From contig CACJRL010000006.1 of NCBI GenBank assembly GCA_902595815.1, positions 4,612-68,611 on the forward strand: DNA of 64,000 nt, given 5' to 3'. The DNA comes from an uncultured Pelagibacteraceae bacterium (GTDB taxonomy: Bacteria > Pseudomonadota > Alphaproteobacteria > Pelagibacterales > Pelagibacteraceae). Made by a program: the position numbers and the translations under genes. Under the pieces are notes generated by a model that ran no database searches, had not been told where the DNA came from, and saw nothing but the letters and a program-made list of their open reading frames with translations. This document shows, piece after piece, positions 12,364-21,913 of the stretch (position 1 is its first letter; the number at the start of each line of letters is the position of its first letter).

Positions 12364-13056
12364 TTATTTATCGTTATCGGTATTAAGAGTGCTATTAAGC
12401 ATCTCATCTATATCAGAGTATATATTTTCCTTTTTATCCTCTTGTTTTTCTTTATAGAATTTGCCTGTTCCAAATATAGATGCATCTACACTAGATGTAT
12501 CAATAAGACCTGCAGTTCCTAATTCATCAACGGTTGGAAGATCTGACAACTTTTGAAGATTGAAATGACTTAAAAAGTCATCTGTTGTTCCATATTGAAT
12601 AGGTTTGCCAGGGGCATCTTTTCGACCTTGAGGTCTAACCCAGTTCAATTCCATCAATATCTCAAGTGTATTATTTCCAAACGCAACTCCACGAATTTCT
12701 TCTATTTCAGCTCTAGTGACTGGTTGATGATAAACAATAATTGCAAGTGTTTCTATCGCAGCCTTTGATAATTTTTTTTCAACAGTTTTTTGTTGAGACA
12801 TTAATGAGGATAAATTTGGTGAAGTTCTAAAAGACCATTTATTGGATATACAGACTAAATTTATTCCACGATCAGAATAAAAATTCTGAAGTTTTAGTAA
12901 AGATTTTTCAACATCTGTCTTTTTTGAAATTTTATTTTCAATAGTTTCAATATTTAAAGGCTCTGCAGCTGCAAAAACAATAGCCTCTATTTCTTTATCA
13001 ACATCACTTAATTTAGATGGAAAAGATACAACATTATTTTTTTTTAATTTATTCAT
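12364..13056 (-). CDS. scpB: SMC-Scp complex subunit ScpB
   Basis: LSKAAIETLAIIVYHQPVTRAEIEEIRGV, YGTTDDFL. Confidence 0.96.
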   Translation of the reverse strand: MNKLKKNNVVSFPSKLSDVDKEIEAIVFAAAEPLNIETIENKISKKTDVEKSLLKLQNFYSDRGINLVCISNKWSFRTSPNLSSLMSQQKTVEKKLSKAAIETLAIIVYHQPVTRAEIEEIRGVAFGNNTLEILMELNWVRPQGRKDAPGKPIQYGTTDDFLSHFNLQKLSDLPTVDELGTAGLIDTSSVDASIFGTGKFYKEKQEDKKENIYSDIDEMLNSTLNTDNDK

Positions 13057-13787
13057 TAGATTTTTTTAATATATATATCCTCAAATAAATTATCTTGTTT
13101 AATAGATATATTACCTTCTTTTGCAAGCTCTAAAGATCCAGCAAAAATTCCTGCATTACCTGTCTTACTTAGAGTTTTAGAATTTCTAAAATTTTTTGGT
13201 ATTAAATCAGTCATATTTTTCCAATCATTTAAATTATTATAAAATTCTTTTATGACTTTAATTCCTTCTTCAGTGGTAAATACTGGAAGTTTTGGAATAT
13301 TCATTCTCTGAAAATCTTTTGTCATTACGATACTTGAATACGTTTTTAATAATTCAAACAATGTTAATGAATATTTAGAATTATAAATTGATCTCATTCC
13401 ACTTTTTGAACCTCTCATAAAAATATCTTTGCCTAATCTTTTTCTACTCAACATCTGAGAGGACAACAATCTTATTAATTCTAGTTTTTTAAGTTGGAGT
13501 TTTAATTTTTCTGCCACTTCAAGAGCTTTAAATTCCTCTTCTTCTGTTTCTGGTAATAGCAATTTAGATTTAAGATAAGTTAACCAGGTAGCCATTAGCA
13601 AATATTCTGAGGCTAATTCTAAATTTAAATTTTCAGTTTTTGTTATAAAATCATGAAATTGATCTGCTAATTTAGTGATTGATATATTTTCCAAATCAAC
13701 TTTTTGTGATTTTGCTAAATCTAAAAGTATTTCTAATGATCCAGAGTAATTACTAAGATCAACATTAAATTCTAAAGAATCACCCAT
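13056..13787 (-). CDS. scpA: Segregation/condensation protein A
   Basis: N-terminal YSGSLEILLDL, ASEYLLMATWLTYLKSKLLLP; adjacent to scpB. Confidence 0.93.
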   Translation of the reverse strand: MGDSLEFNVDLSNYSGSLEILLDLAKSQKVDLENISITKLADQFHDFITKTENLNLELASEYLLMATWLTYLKSKLLLPETEEEEFKALEVAEKLKLQLKKLELIRLLSSQMLSRKRLGKDIFMRGSKSGMRSIYNSKYSLTLFELLKTYSSIVMTKDFQRMNIPKLPVFTTEEGIKVIKEFYNNLNDWKNMTDLIPKNFRNSKTLSKTGNAGIFAGSLELAKEGNISIKQDNLFEDIYIKKI

Positions 13788-13797
13788 GGATTTAAAT

Positions 13798-14748
13798 TTA
13801 ACTTATTATTTGAATTAATTTAGAAGTTTTTTTTAAAATAAAATCGTCGATATAAGGTGAATTTTGACCTACCACATTCATTTCTCTCATTTTTCCATTG
13901 CAATGAAGCACTAAATTACAACCTGCACGAAAAGATTTAATAACGTTATTTTTTAAATTACCTTTAAGAGCACCCATAGAAATATCATCTGACATTAATA
14001 TTCCCTTGAATGATATTTCTCTTCTGATCATTTTTATGATTTTTTTAGAATGTGAAACGTTATTTATTGGGTCAAGTTTTTTAAACAACAAGTGTCCGGT
14101 CATACCTAAAACAGATTTTTTTTTGGTAAATGGAAAAAAATCATATTTTTTAAGATACTTTAGATCTTTGTCTATAATTGGTAATTTGTAATGACTATCA
14201 ACTTTAGCTAAACCATGACCTGGAAGATGTTTAATTACTGTACCAACCCTATTTTCGTGAAATTTTTCGATAGATATATCGCCAATTTTAGACAGAGTTT
14301 TTCTATCATTTGAATAGGATCGATCACCTATAATTTTATGAGACTTATTTCGTCTTAAATCCAATACGGGGACTGTATTAATATTAATACCAATAAGTCT
14401 TAACAAATAAGATATTTGCTTAACATAAACATTGAAATAAATATCAAATTTTTTTCTATCTTTTGAATATAAATCACCAAAATATTCTGCACTAAAAATG
14501 GAATTATCTATGAATTTTCTTAATCTACTTACTCTTCCACCTTCTTCATCAATTAGAATTGGATAATTAGAGTTTTTAAATATTTTTTTAATCGAACCAG
14601 TTAATTTTTGAACTTGATTGATTGAATTTATATTTCTTGAAAAAAGGATTATTCCCCATGGCTTATATTTTTTTAAAAAACTTACTTCACTTTTTTTTAA
14701 ATTATGTCCACTAATGCCACATATAAAAGCTCTAGTTTTTTTAATCAT
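13798..14748 (-). CDS. nagZ: Beta-N-acetylhexosaminidase (GH3)
   Basis: IDEEGGRVSRL, KHLPGHG..DSH, SDDISM. Confidence 0.94.
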   Translation of the reverse strand: MIKKTRAFICGISGHNLKKSEVSFLKKYKPWGIILFSRNINSINQVQKLTGSIKKIFKNSNYPILIDEEGGRVSRLRKFIDNSIFSAEYFGDLYSKDRKKFDIYFNVYVKQISYLLRLIGININTVPVLDLRRNKSHKIIGDRSYSNDRKTLSKIGDISIEKFHENRVGTVIKHLPGHGLAKVDSHYKLPIIDKDLKYLKKYDFFPFTKKKSVLGMTGHLLFKKLDPINNVSHSKKIIKMIRREISFKGILMSDDISMGALKGNLKNNVIKSFRAGCNLVLHCNGKMREMNVVGQNSPYIDDFILKKTSKLIQIIS

Positions 14749-14998
14749 TATATAACAATTCCCAAAATGAATATTTTTTTGTGTTTTTATTTTTGTATTC
14801 TACATATTCAATAATGTTGTCCGTGTCATTTTTAAGAATAAATAAATTATTTTCGTTAGATGAGATTTTTTCATCAATACTTGAAACCGCTCTATATGAT
14901 TTCTTGTAATTATCGTCTGAAAAATAATATCTTAGAGTAAAAAATAGAAAGAAAAATATAATTATTAAATAAAATAGATATTTTAGCTCTTTTAGCAT
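14741..14998 (-). CDS. Small single-TM protein between argS and nagZ (possible minimal FtsN-like protein)
   Basis: 85 aa with one N-terminal TM helix; overlaps both neighbours, which supports a real operon gene. Confidence 0.75.
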   Translation of the reverse strand: MLKELKYLFYLIIIFFFLFFTLRYYFSDDNYKKSYRAVSSIDEKISSNENNLFILKNDTDNIIEYVEYKNKNTKKYSFWELLYND

Positions 14999-16728
14999 TA
15001 CATTTTTTCAGGTGTATCAACACCTATAATATCCATTCCAGTTTTAATTGTTTTTGCAATAGATTTTAAAAATATTAGTTTTTCTATATTTATTGTTTTA
15101 TCATCATTGATAAATCTTTTTTCAACATCATCTTTTCCCATATTCCAATAAGAATGAAACTGAGATGATAACTCATATAAATATACAGGGATCCTATGAG
15201 GTTCTAGTTTTTTAGTGGAAATTTCTACACATTTAGGCCATTCAGATATTTTTTTAAAAATTTCAATTTCTTCATTATTAAATTGCATATTTTTATTTTC
15301 ATTATCAATGTTGTCATCAATATTTTTATTTATATTTCTAAAAACCGATGAAATTCTAGCATAACAATATTGAACATAATAAAGCGGATTGTCTTTAGAT
15401 TTTTCTTTTACTTTTGTAAAATCAAAATCTAATTCAGCATCATTACTTCTACTTAGCATAATAAATCTTGTTGCATCTTTTCCTACTTCAGAAATTAAAT
15501 CTTCAACGGTAATATAATCTCCTTTTCTTTTAGACATTTTAAAAGGTTTGCCATCTTTAATTAGCTTAACAAGTTGGCTTACTTTACAAATTAATTTATT
15601 TTTTTCTCCAGATAATGCTTCAACAACAGATGTAATTCTTTTTATATAACCTGCATGATCCGCTCCTAAAATATTTATTAATTTATCAAATTTTCTATTT
15701 AGTTTTGTATTATGATATGCAACATCTCCAGCAAAATAAGTCCATGTGTTATCAGATTTTTGTAATGCCCTATCTTTATCATCTCCAAAGTCTGTTGATC
15801 TAAAAAGTAACTGATCTCTTTCTACCCAATTAGTTGTATCTTCTCCTTCGGGAGCTTTGATTTTTCCTATATATACAAATTTATCTTTTTTAAGTTTCTC
15901 AATAACCTTATCAACCTCTTTATTTTCAACTATTTCTGTCTCGCTCGCAAAATTATCATGAATAATTCCCAAATTATTTAAATTAGTCTTAATGAGTTTA
16001 AGAGACTCTGTAATTGCTAATTTAGTAAGTGTTAACTTAATTTTTTCATAATCATCAAATTGTAAATCTTTATTATTATCTATAATATGTTGCGCTATAT
16101 CTTTGATGTATTCTCCTGGATATAAATCATCCTCATTTAGTGGAAAGGTTTGATTATCTAATTTTTCTTTTATTCTCAAATATACAGATCTAGTAAAATG
16201 TAAAATTTGATTACCATGATCATTTACATAATATTCTTTTACAACTTCTTGATTGTTAAATTTTAACAAATTAGAGATAACATCTCCTAGAATAGCACCT
16301 CTACAATGACCAACGTGTAGTGGTCCAGTGGGATTTGCAGACACGAATTCAATTAAATGTTTCTTTTTAGAGCCATTAAGTGCTGCACCAAAATTATTAA
16401 GGTTATTTATATTTAAGAGAAATGAAGTCCAAAACTCTTTTTTTAAAATAATATTTATAAATCCAGGCTTTGCTATTTCTATCTTCTCAATATTATTATC
16501 GTCTTTAAAAATAATATCTTTTAATTTTTCAGCAATTTTAATTGGTGGTTCATTATTTGTTTTAGATAAGACCATTGCAACATTAGTTGACAGATCGCAC
16601 TTAAATTTTTTAGGAGGTATATCTACATTTATACCAGATAAACTTTCAGGTAATAAAATTAGCTTTTCATCACTTGCTAATTTAATTTTATCTAAAATTT
16701 TATTTAAGTATTCCTCAAATATGTTCAT
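14998..16728 (-). CDS. argS: Arginine--tRNA ligase
   Basis: EFVSANPTGPLHVGH, LGADHAGY, KMSKR, YYVQYCYARI. Confidence 0.98.
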   Translation of the reverse strand: MNIFEEYLNKILDKIKLASDEKLILLPESLSGINVDIPPKKFKCDLSTNVAMVLSKTNNEPPIKIAEKLKDIIFKDDNNIEKIEIAKPGFINIILKKEFWTSFLLNINNLNNFGAALNGSKKKHLIEFVSANPTGPLHVGHCRGAILGDVISNLLKFNNQEVVKEYYVNDHGNQILHFTRSVYLRIKEKLDNQTFPLNEDDLYPGEYIKDIAQHIIDNNKDLQFDDYEKIKLTLTKLAITESLKLIKTNLNNLGIIHDNFASETEIVENKEVDKVIEKLKKDKFVYIGKIKAPEGEDTTNWVERDQLLFRSTDFGDDKDRALQKSDNTWTYFAGDVAYHNTKLNRKFDKLINILGADHAGYIKRITSVVEALSGEKNKLICKVSQLVKLIKDGKPFKMSKRKGDYITVEDLISEVGKDATRFIMLSRSNDAELDFDFTKVKEKSKDNPLYYVQYCYARISSVFRNINKNIDDNIDNENKNMQFNNEEIEIFKKISEWPKCVEISTKKLEPHRIPVYLYELSSQFHSYWNMGKDDVEKRFINDDKTINIEKLIFLKSIAKTIKTGMDIIGVDTPEKM

Positions 16729-17843
16729 TTTGATGCTCTATATAATTGTATGGCGTACCTATCTGTCATGCCAGAAATATAATCAGATATAGCTCTTTCT
16801 TTGTTAGTTTTTAAATATTTAGTTTTAATGTACTTTTTTGGATTTTTGTTAATTACACTAAAAAGCTTTTTAATTATCTTTTTTCCTTCGTTATTTTTTT
16901 TTAATACATCTTTATTATTATACATAGTTATTCTAAGGAAATCTCTAATCTCATTTATAGTTATTTTTAATTTGTTGGAAAAATCAACAATTTGATTTTT
17001 TTTATTTGATACATCTTTTTTTGTAGATATCTTATTCATTAAAATATTTCTTGTCGTAGTTTTTATTAAGTCTTGAACCATTAAATTTATAGAGTCTCTT
17101 ATAGTTTGATATACAAGAATATCATTATTTTCACTTTTTAATTTGTTTTTATATGATTTTAAAATTTCATCAAAAAAAGAGATTTGTTTAAGATCGTTTA
17201 AAGTAAATAATTTAGCTTTTATTCCATCTTGAATATCATGGTTATTGTATGCAACATCATCGGATATAGATGCAATTTGAGCCTCCAGTGAGGAGTTCTT
17301 TGAAAAATTAATTTTATTTTTTAAATTTTTCAAACCAATTAAATTATTTATTTTGACTAGCTTTGTTACCGGACCATTATGTTTAATAAGTCCATCTAAT
17401 GTTTCCAATGTTAAATTAAGACCTTCAAATTTAAAATATTTATTTTCAATGAACATTACTATCCTAAGTGTTTGAAGGTTGTGGTCAAATCCCCCATATT
17501 CATACATACATTCATTTAGGGACTCTTCTCCCGCATGACCAAAAGGCGTATGACCTAAATCATGAGCTAAACTTAATGTTTCAGCTAAATCATCATTTAA
17601 ACCTAAGTATTTAGCAATTGTTCTAGCAATTTGTGATACTTCAATGGAATGTGTGATTCTGGTTCTATAATGATCTCCTTCAGTATTCACAAATACCTGA
17701 GTTTTGTGCTTCAATCTTCTAAAAGAGGTAGAATGAATTATTCTATCTCTATCTCTTTGAAAAGGTGATCTGAAAGGATTGCTCGCTTCTTTGAACAGTC
17801 TACCTTTTGATGCAAATGTTCCTAATTTTGAGTAATTTTTCAT
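16725..17843 (-). CDS. dgt: dGTP triphosphohydrolase (HD family)
   Basis: RSPFQRDRDRIIHS, KTQVF, RITHSIEV, AHDLGHTPFGHAGE. Confidence 0.95.
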   Translation of the reverse strand: MKNYSKLGTFASKGRLFKEASNPFRSPFQRDRDRIIHSTSFRRLKHKTQVFVNTEGDHYRTRITHSIEVSQIARTIAKYLGLNDDLAETLSLAHDLGHTPFGHAGEESLNECMYEYGGFDHNLQTLRIVMFIENKYFKFEGLNLTLETLDGLIKHNGPVTKLVKINNLIGLKNLKNKINFSKNSSLEAQIASISDDVAYNNHDIQDGIKAKLFTLNDLKQISFFDEILKSYKNKLKSENNDILVYQTIRDSINLMVQDLIKTTTRNILMNKISTKKDVSNKKNQIVDFSNKLKITINEIRDFLRITMYNNKDVLKKNNEGKKIIKKLFSVINKNPKKYIKTKYLKTNKERAISDYISGMTDRYAIQLYRASK

Positions 17844-17893
17844 TCTTTAAAAATGGCAAAATATTATTATATTGTTTTTATCAATGTTTAATT

Positions 17894-18211
17894 ATGATTA
17901 AAGAAATTAAATTTACAGATAATGCTATAAAGCAGATAAACCATCTTCTATCATCAAAAGATAAAGGGTCATTTTTTAGAATCGCTATTAAAGGTGGTGG
18001 ATGCTCTGGATTTCAATATGATTTTTCTTTTGATAACTCTGCTAATGATGATGATCTACAACAAGATAATATCCTTATCGACAAAACATCAGCAGATTTA
18101 CTAAAAGGATCTGAAGTTGATTTTGTAAAAGAATTAATCGGAGATTCTTTTAAAATAAACAACCCACAAAGCAAATCTTCTTGTGGTTGTGGCGTATCTT
18201 TCTCGCTTTAA
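17894..18211 (+). CDS. erpA: Fe-S cluster insertion protein (HesB/IscA/ErpA family); start revised to ATG 17894
   Basis: GGGCSGFQY and C-terminal CGCGVSF; the longer 17807 start overlaps dgt. Confidence 0.9.
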   Translation: MIKEIKFTDNAIKQINHLLSSKDKGSFFRIAIKGGGCSGFQYDFSFDNSANDDDLQQDNILIDKTSADLLKGSEVDFVKELIGDSFKINNPQSKSSCGCGVSFSL

Positions 18212-18987
18212 TGATAATTAGTTCCTGGAATGTTAACTCTGTAAGAGCAAGAATTGAAAATATTAAAGAGTATCTAAAAAAATATTCACCAGATATTTTA
18301 ATGATGCAAGAGATCAAAGCTCAAGATGAAAACTATCCTTACGAAGACTTTGAAAAATCAAATTACCAAAATTATGTATTTGGTCAAAAATCATATAATG
18401 GGGTTGCAATAATTTCTAAAAAAAAATTAGACAAAATTGAAAAAGATATTTTTAAAGATAAAAATAAACAATCAAGAATTATTACAGCAGATCTAAAACA
18501 TAAATCAAAAACAATTAAATTAATAAATATATATACACCTAATGGAAATCCAGTTGATACAGAAAAGTATACTTACAAATTATATTGGCTGGAAAGTTTA
18601 ATTAAAAAATTAAAAGCTTATTTAAAAAAAAAAGAGAATATAATAATTGGTGGTGATTTTAATATAATTCCTTCAGCTGAAGATGTTCATAATCCTAAAG
18701 GATATGAAAATGATGCATTGTTTAGACTAGAGATAAGAAAAAAATTAAGGGAATTATTAAGTTTAGGTTTTCATGATGCATATAGATATATTCATCCTGA
18801 CAAAGAGGGATATACGTTTTGGGATTATACAAGCGGTGCATGGCAAAAAAATAATGGAATGAGAATTGATCATTTCTTAGTTTCAAACTCAATTATAAAT
18901 CTTGTGAAAGATGTAAAAATTAATAAATTTCCTCGTGGCAGACAAAAACCTTCGGATCACACACCAATTGAAATTGAATTAACTTAA
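18211..18987 (+). CDS. xth: Exodeoxyribonuclease III; start revised to ATG 18211
   Basis: SWNVNSVRAR, QEIK, GDFN, RIDH, PSDH; TAATG overlap with erpA. Confidence 0.96.
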   Translation: MIISSWNVNSVRARIENIKEYLKKYSPDILMMQEIKAQDENYPYEDFEKSNYQNYVFGQKSYNGVAIISKKKLDKIEKDIFKDKNKQSRIITADLKHKSKTIKLINIYTPNGNPVDTEKYTYKLYWLESLIKKLKAYLKKKENIIIGGDFNIIPSAEDVHNPKGYENDALFRLEIRKKLRELLSLGFHDAYRYIHPDKEGYTFWDYTSGAWQKNNGMRIDHFLVSNSIINLVKDVKINKFPRGRQKPSDHTPIEIELT

Positions 18988-19977
18988 AGATTTTATTTTA
19001 TTAACAAGTTCCTCATTAATATTTCTAGGTCCAGTATCTAATCTGTTTTTGTGACGTCTTTCACCTGGTAATCTAACCTCTCCCATTGATTTCATTTTCT
19101 CAAAGAATTTATTTGAATGACTATCCCAATTAGAATTTGATAATTTGTCAGGAGATATAGCTAAAATAAACTCTCCACCACTAGGTGGTCCACCATCATT
19201 TGTATCCTTCTCAGCCGTCTCATAACTAAAATTATCACCTACTAAGGCTCCAGCAAGTAATTCAACCATCATTGCTATTCCTGAGCCTTTATAGCCACCA
19301 AATGGCAACAAAACTCCACCATCTGCTATTTCACCAGGATCTGTTGTTTCTTTTCCATCTTTATTTAAACCAGTTCCAATTGGAACCTTGTGCCCTTCCC
19401 TTTTTGCAACTTGAACTTCTCCCATTGCCATCGATGCAGTAGCCATATCATAAACTACAGGTGGTTTATTTTTTCTTGGCCAAGCAAATGAAATTGGGTT
19501 TGTTCCGAATAAAGGTTTAATTGCTCCTGCTGGTGCAACTGCTGGCTTGTATGATGTACAAGCAAAAGCAACAAGTCCTTGCTCTGCTATTGCTTCTGTC
19601 TCAGGCCACATAGCAGCCATATGATGAGAATTAGTAATTGCTAAAACAGCTACTCCATTTTCTTTTGCAGCTTTAATAAGTTCTGGTATTCCATATTTTA
19701 AAACCATTGGGGCAAGACTATTTTTCCCATCTGCTTTAACAACGCTAGGAGTTAATTTTGAAATCACTGGTCTAGCTTTGCCATTAATTTTTCCACTTTT
19801 TAAACCAGAAATATAAGCGGGTAATCTAAATAGACCATGAGATAATGATCCATCTCTTTCAGCATTTTTGATTAAAGTAGATAAGGTATCTGCTGTTTCT
19901 TCATCACAACCATTAGCAATTAATGTTTTTTTAGCTAAATGGAAAATTTCTTCTAAAGTTAAAGGAACAGTTGTCAT
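18979..19977 (-). CDS. Ldh_2 family NAD(P)H oxidoreductase (malate/L-sulfolactate dehydrogenase or pyrroline-carboxylate reductase-like; substrate uncertain)
   Basis: SHGLFRLP, NSHH, FGTNPISFAWP, DMATA, PFGGYKGSG, RLPG. Confidence 0.88.
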   Translation of the reverse strand: MTTVPLTLEEIFHLAKKTLIANGCDEETADTLSTLIKNAERDGSLSHGLFRLPAYISGLKSGKINGKARPVISKLTPSVVKADGKNSLAPMVLKYGIPELIKAAKENGVAVLAITNSHHMAAMWPETEAIAEQGLVAFACTSYKPAVAPAGAIKPLFGTNPISFAWPRKNKPPVVYDMATASMAMGEVQVAKREGHKVPIGTGLNKDGKETTDPGEIADGGVLLPFGGYKGSGIAMMVELLAGALVGDNFSYETAEKDTNDGGPPSGGEFILAISPDKLSNSNWDSHSNKFFEKMKSMGEVRLPGERRHKNRLDTGPRNINEELVNKIKSLS

Positions 19978-20020
19978 AAATAATATTAGATATTATTTAC
20001 GACAAAAGTTCAATTTTTAA

Positions 20021-21097
20021 TTAACAACCTTTAAAAGATTTAGACATATTTTTGATTAGATCAAAATATAAGTCTTTACCAGGATCCAAAGTAGCTCCTA
20101 ATGGATCTAAAACACCAGTTTTAATATCCATATCTTTTGCAACAGCATTGATTATATCAGGATTAAACTGAGGCTCTGAAAAAATACAAGTAATTTTATC
20201 GTGCTCGATTATTTCTCTAATTTCTGCTAATTGCTCAGCGCCAGGCATAACATCAGTGTTTACTGTAAACGCACCTAAAACTTTAACATTAAATCTTTCT
20301 TCAAAATATTGGTAAGCATCATGAAAAACAATTGATGGTGTACTTTTATTAAGTTCCGTCATTACATCCAGTGTAAGTTTATCCAAATCTTTCAAAACTT
20401 TAGTTAAATTACTTTTATAAGTTGATGCATTATTTGGATCATTTTCGATCAAATGCTCTACCATTTCATTTAATATTACTTTTGCATTAATTGGATCTAA
20501 CCAAATATGAGGGTCATGTTCGCCATGGTGATGACCTTCATGATCATCGTGATCGTCTTTTTTCTTATGCCCATGGTCGTCATGGTCATCATGATCGTCC
20601 TTTTTCTTATGGCCGTGATCATGATCATCTTCTTTGTGACCATCTTTCTTTTTATGGTCGTGGTCGTCATGATCATCTTCCTTATGCTTATCTTCTTTAT
20701 GACCGTGGTCATGATCGTCATGACCATCAAATATATTTCTTTCTCTAAATTTTAATTTGTTAAGCCCTTTAATTTCCATTAGTTCAATATTTTCTGCTTT
20801 TTTTGCAATTGTATTTAATGGTTTTTCTAAAAAACTTTCTAAATCTTCACCTACCCAAAAAATAAGGTCTGCTTCTTGTAACATTTTCGCATGTGATGGT
20901 TTTAAAGCAAATCCATGTGGTGAAGCATATCCATCAACAATTAATTTAGGCTTTGCCACACCTTCCATTAAATAGGTAGCTAATGAATGTATTGGTTTGA
21001 TTGAAGCAACAACTTTTATTTCAGCTTTAACTGATGTAAAAAAAGTTGTTAAAGTTAATATTGGAATGATTATAAGTAATTTTTTTATATTTTTCAT
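20021..21097 (-). CDS. znuA: Zinc ABC transporter substrate-binding protein
   Basis: Signal peptide, VVASIKP, SPH, long His/Asp loop, DPHIWL, FHDAY. Confidence 0.96.
   Translation of the reverse strand: MKNIKKLLIIIPILTLTTFFTSVKAEIKVVASIKPIHSLATYLMEGVAKPKLIVDGYASPHGFALKPSHAKMLQEADLIFWVGEDLESFLEKPLNTIAKKAENIELMEIKGLNKLKFRERNIFDGHDDHDHGHKEDKHKEDDHDDHDHKKKDGHKEDDHDHGHKKKDDHDDHDDHGHKKKDDHDDHEGHHHGEHDPHIWLDPINAKVILNEMVEHLIENDPNNASTYKSNLTKVLKDLDKLTLDVMTELNKSTPSIVFHDAYQYFEERFNVKVLGAFTVNTDVMPGAEQLAEIREIIEHDKITCIFSEPQFNPDIINAVAKDMDIKTGVLDPLGATLDPGKDLYFDLIKNMSKSFKGC
20512..20725 (-). repeat. Imperfect tandem low-complexity repeat encoding the ZnuA His/Asp/Lys-rich loop
   Basis: Repeated in-frame units such as GHKKKDDHDDH and HKEDDHD. 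Confidence 0.9.
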
Positions 21098-21116
21098 ATT
21101 GTTTATAGTTATTGGT

Positions 21117-21149
21117 TGTTATATTATAACATTATGTAATAATATAACA
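21117..21149. promoter_or_regulatory. Two tandem Zur boxes in the divergent znuA/znuC promoter
   Basis: TGTTATA-T-TATAACA (21117-21131, perfect 7-1-7 palindrome) and TGTAATA-A-TATAACA (21135-21149) match the proteobacterial Zur operator core. Confidence 0.9.
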
Positions 21150-21169
21150 TTACTTAGTCAAGAAAAAAA

Positions 21170-21913
21170 ATGAGTTCAGAAAATATATTAGTAAAATTAG
21201 ATAAAGCAGGTTTAAAGCAAAATAATAAATGGCTTGTTAAGGGTGTTACTTTGCAAGTAGAAAAAGGTAAAATAGTTACATTGATAGGACCAAATGGTTC
21301 TGGAAAAAGCACAACAGCAAAAATTGCACTGGGAATCTATAAAAATATTGATGGGAATGTTGAGAAATATACTAACAAAGTTGGATATGTTCCTCAGAAA
21401 ATATCAATAGATTGGACATTACCTTTAAGAGTAAATGATTTCATGCTTTTAACAGAGAATTTAAAAGACGATGAAATAAATAATGCTCTTTTTTTAACGG
21501 GTGTTGTGCACCTTAAAAATAAAAATTTGGGAACCTTATCCGGAGGTGAATTTCAAAGAGTATTATTAGCAAGAGCAATTTCAAAAAAACCAGACTTATT
21601 AGTTTTAGACGAGCCAGTACAAGGTGTTGATTTTACAGGTGAAATTGCTTTGTATGAATTGATTAAAGATATATCTGAAAAACTAAATTGTGGAATCTTG
21701 TTAATATCACATGATTTACATACTGTGATGAGTGCTACTGATCATGTGGTTTGTTTAAATGGACATGTATGCTGCTCTGGTTCTCCAAAAGATGTGGCAA
21801 GAAATAATGAATACAAAGCGTTATTTGGTGAACAAGCTTCACAAACTCTATCATTATATGAACATAAACATGATCACACTCATGATCATGATGGAGAAAT
21901 AAAGAAAAATTAA
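21170..21913 (+). CDS. znuC: Zinc ABC transporter ATP-binding protein
   Basis: GPNGSGKS, GYVPQK, LSGGEFQR, CLNGHVCCSG, His-rich tail. Confidence 0.96.
   Translation: MSSENILVKLDKAGLKQNNKWLVKGVTLQVEKGKIVTLIGPNGSGKSTTAKIALGIYKNIDGNVEKYTNKVGYVPQKISIDWTLPLRVNDFMLLTENLKDDEINNALFLTGVVHLKNKNLGTLSGGEFQRVLLARAISKKPDLLVLDEPVQGVDFTGEIALYELIKDISEKLNCGILLISHDLHTVMSATDHVVCLNGHVCCSGSPKDVARNNEYKALFGEQASQTLSLYEHKHDHTHDHDGEIKKN

Noticed and set aside
17807-17893. N-terminal extensions in the ORF track for erpA (also xth, sixA, pstB, pgpA)
   Set aside because: They overlap neighbouring genes and use weak starts; downstream ATGs give family-typical N-termini.
20491-20755. Three overlapping alternative-frame ORFs (Met/Ile/Val-rich and His/Arg-rich) and a repeat array
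   Set aside because: By-products of the low-complexity ZnuA His/Asp loop. There are no fixed repeats with unique spacers, so it is not a CRISPR array.
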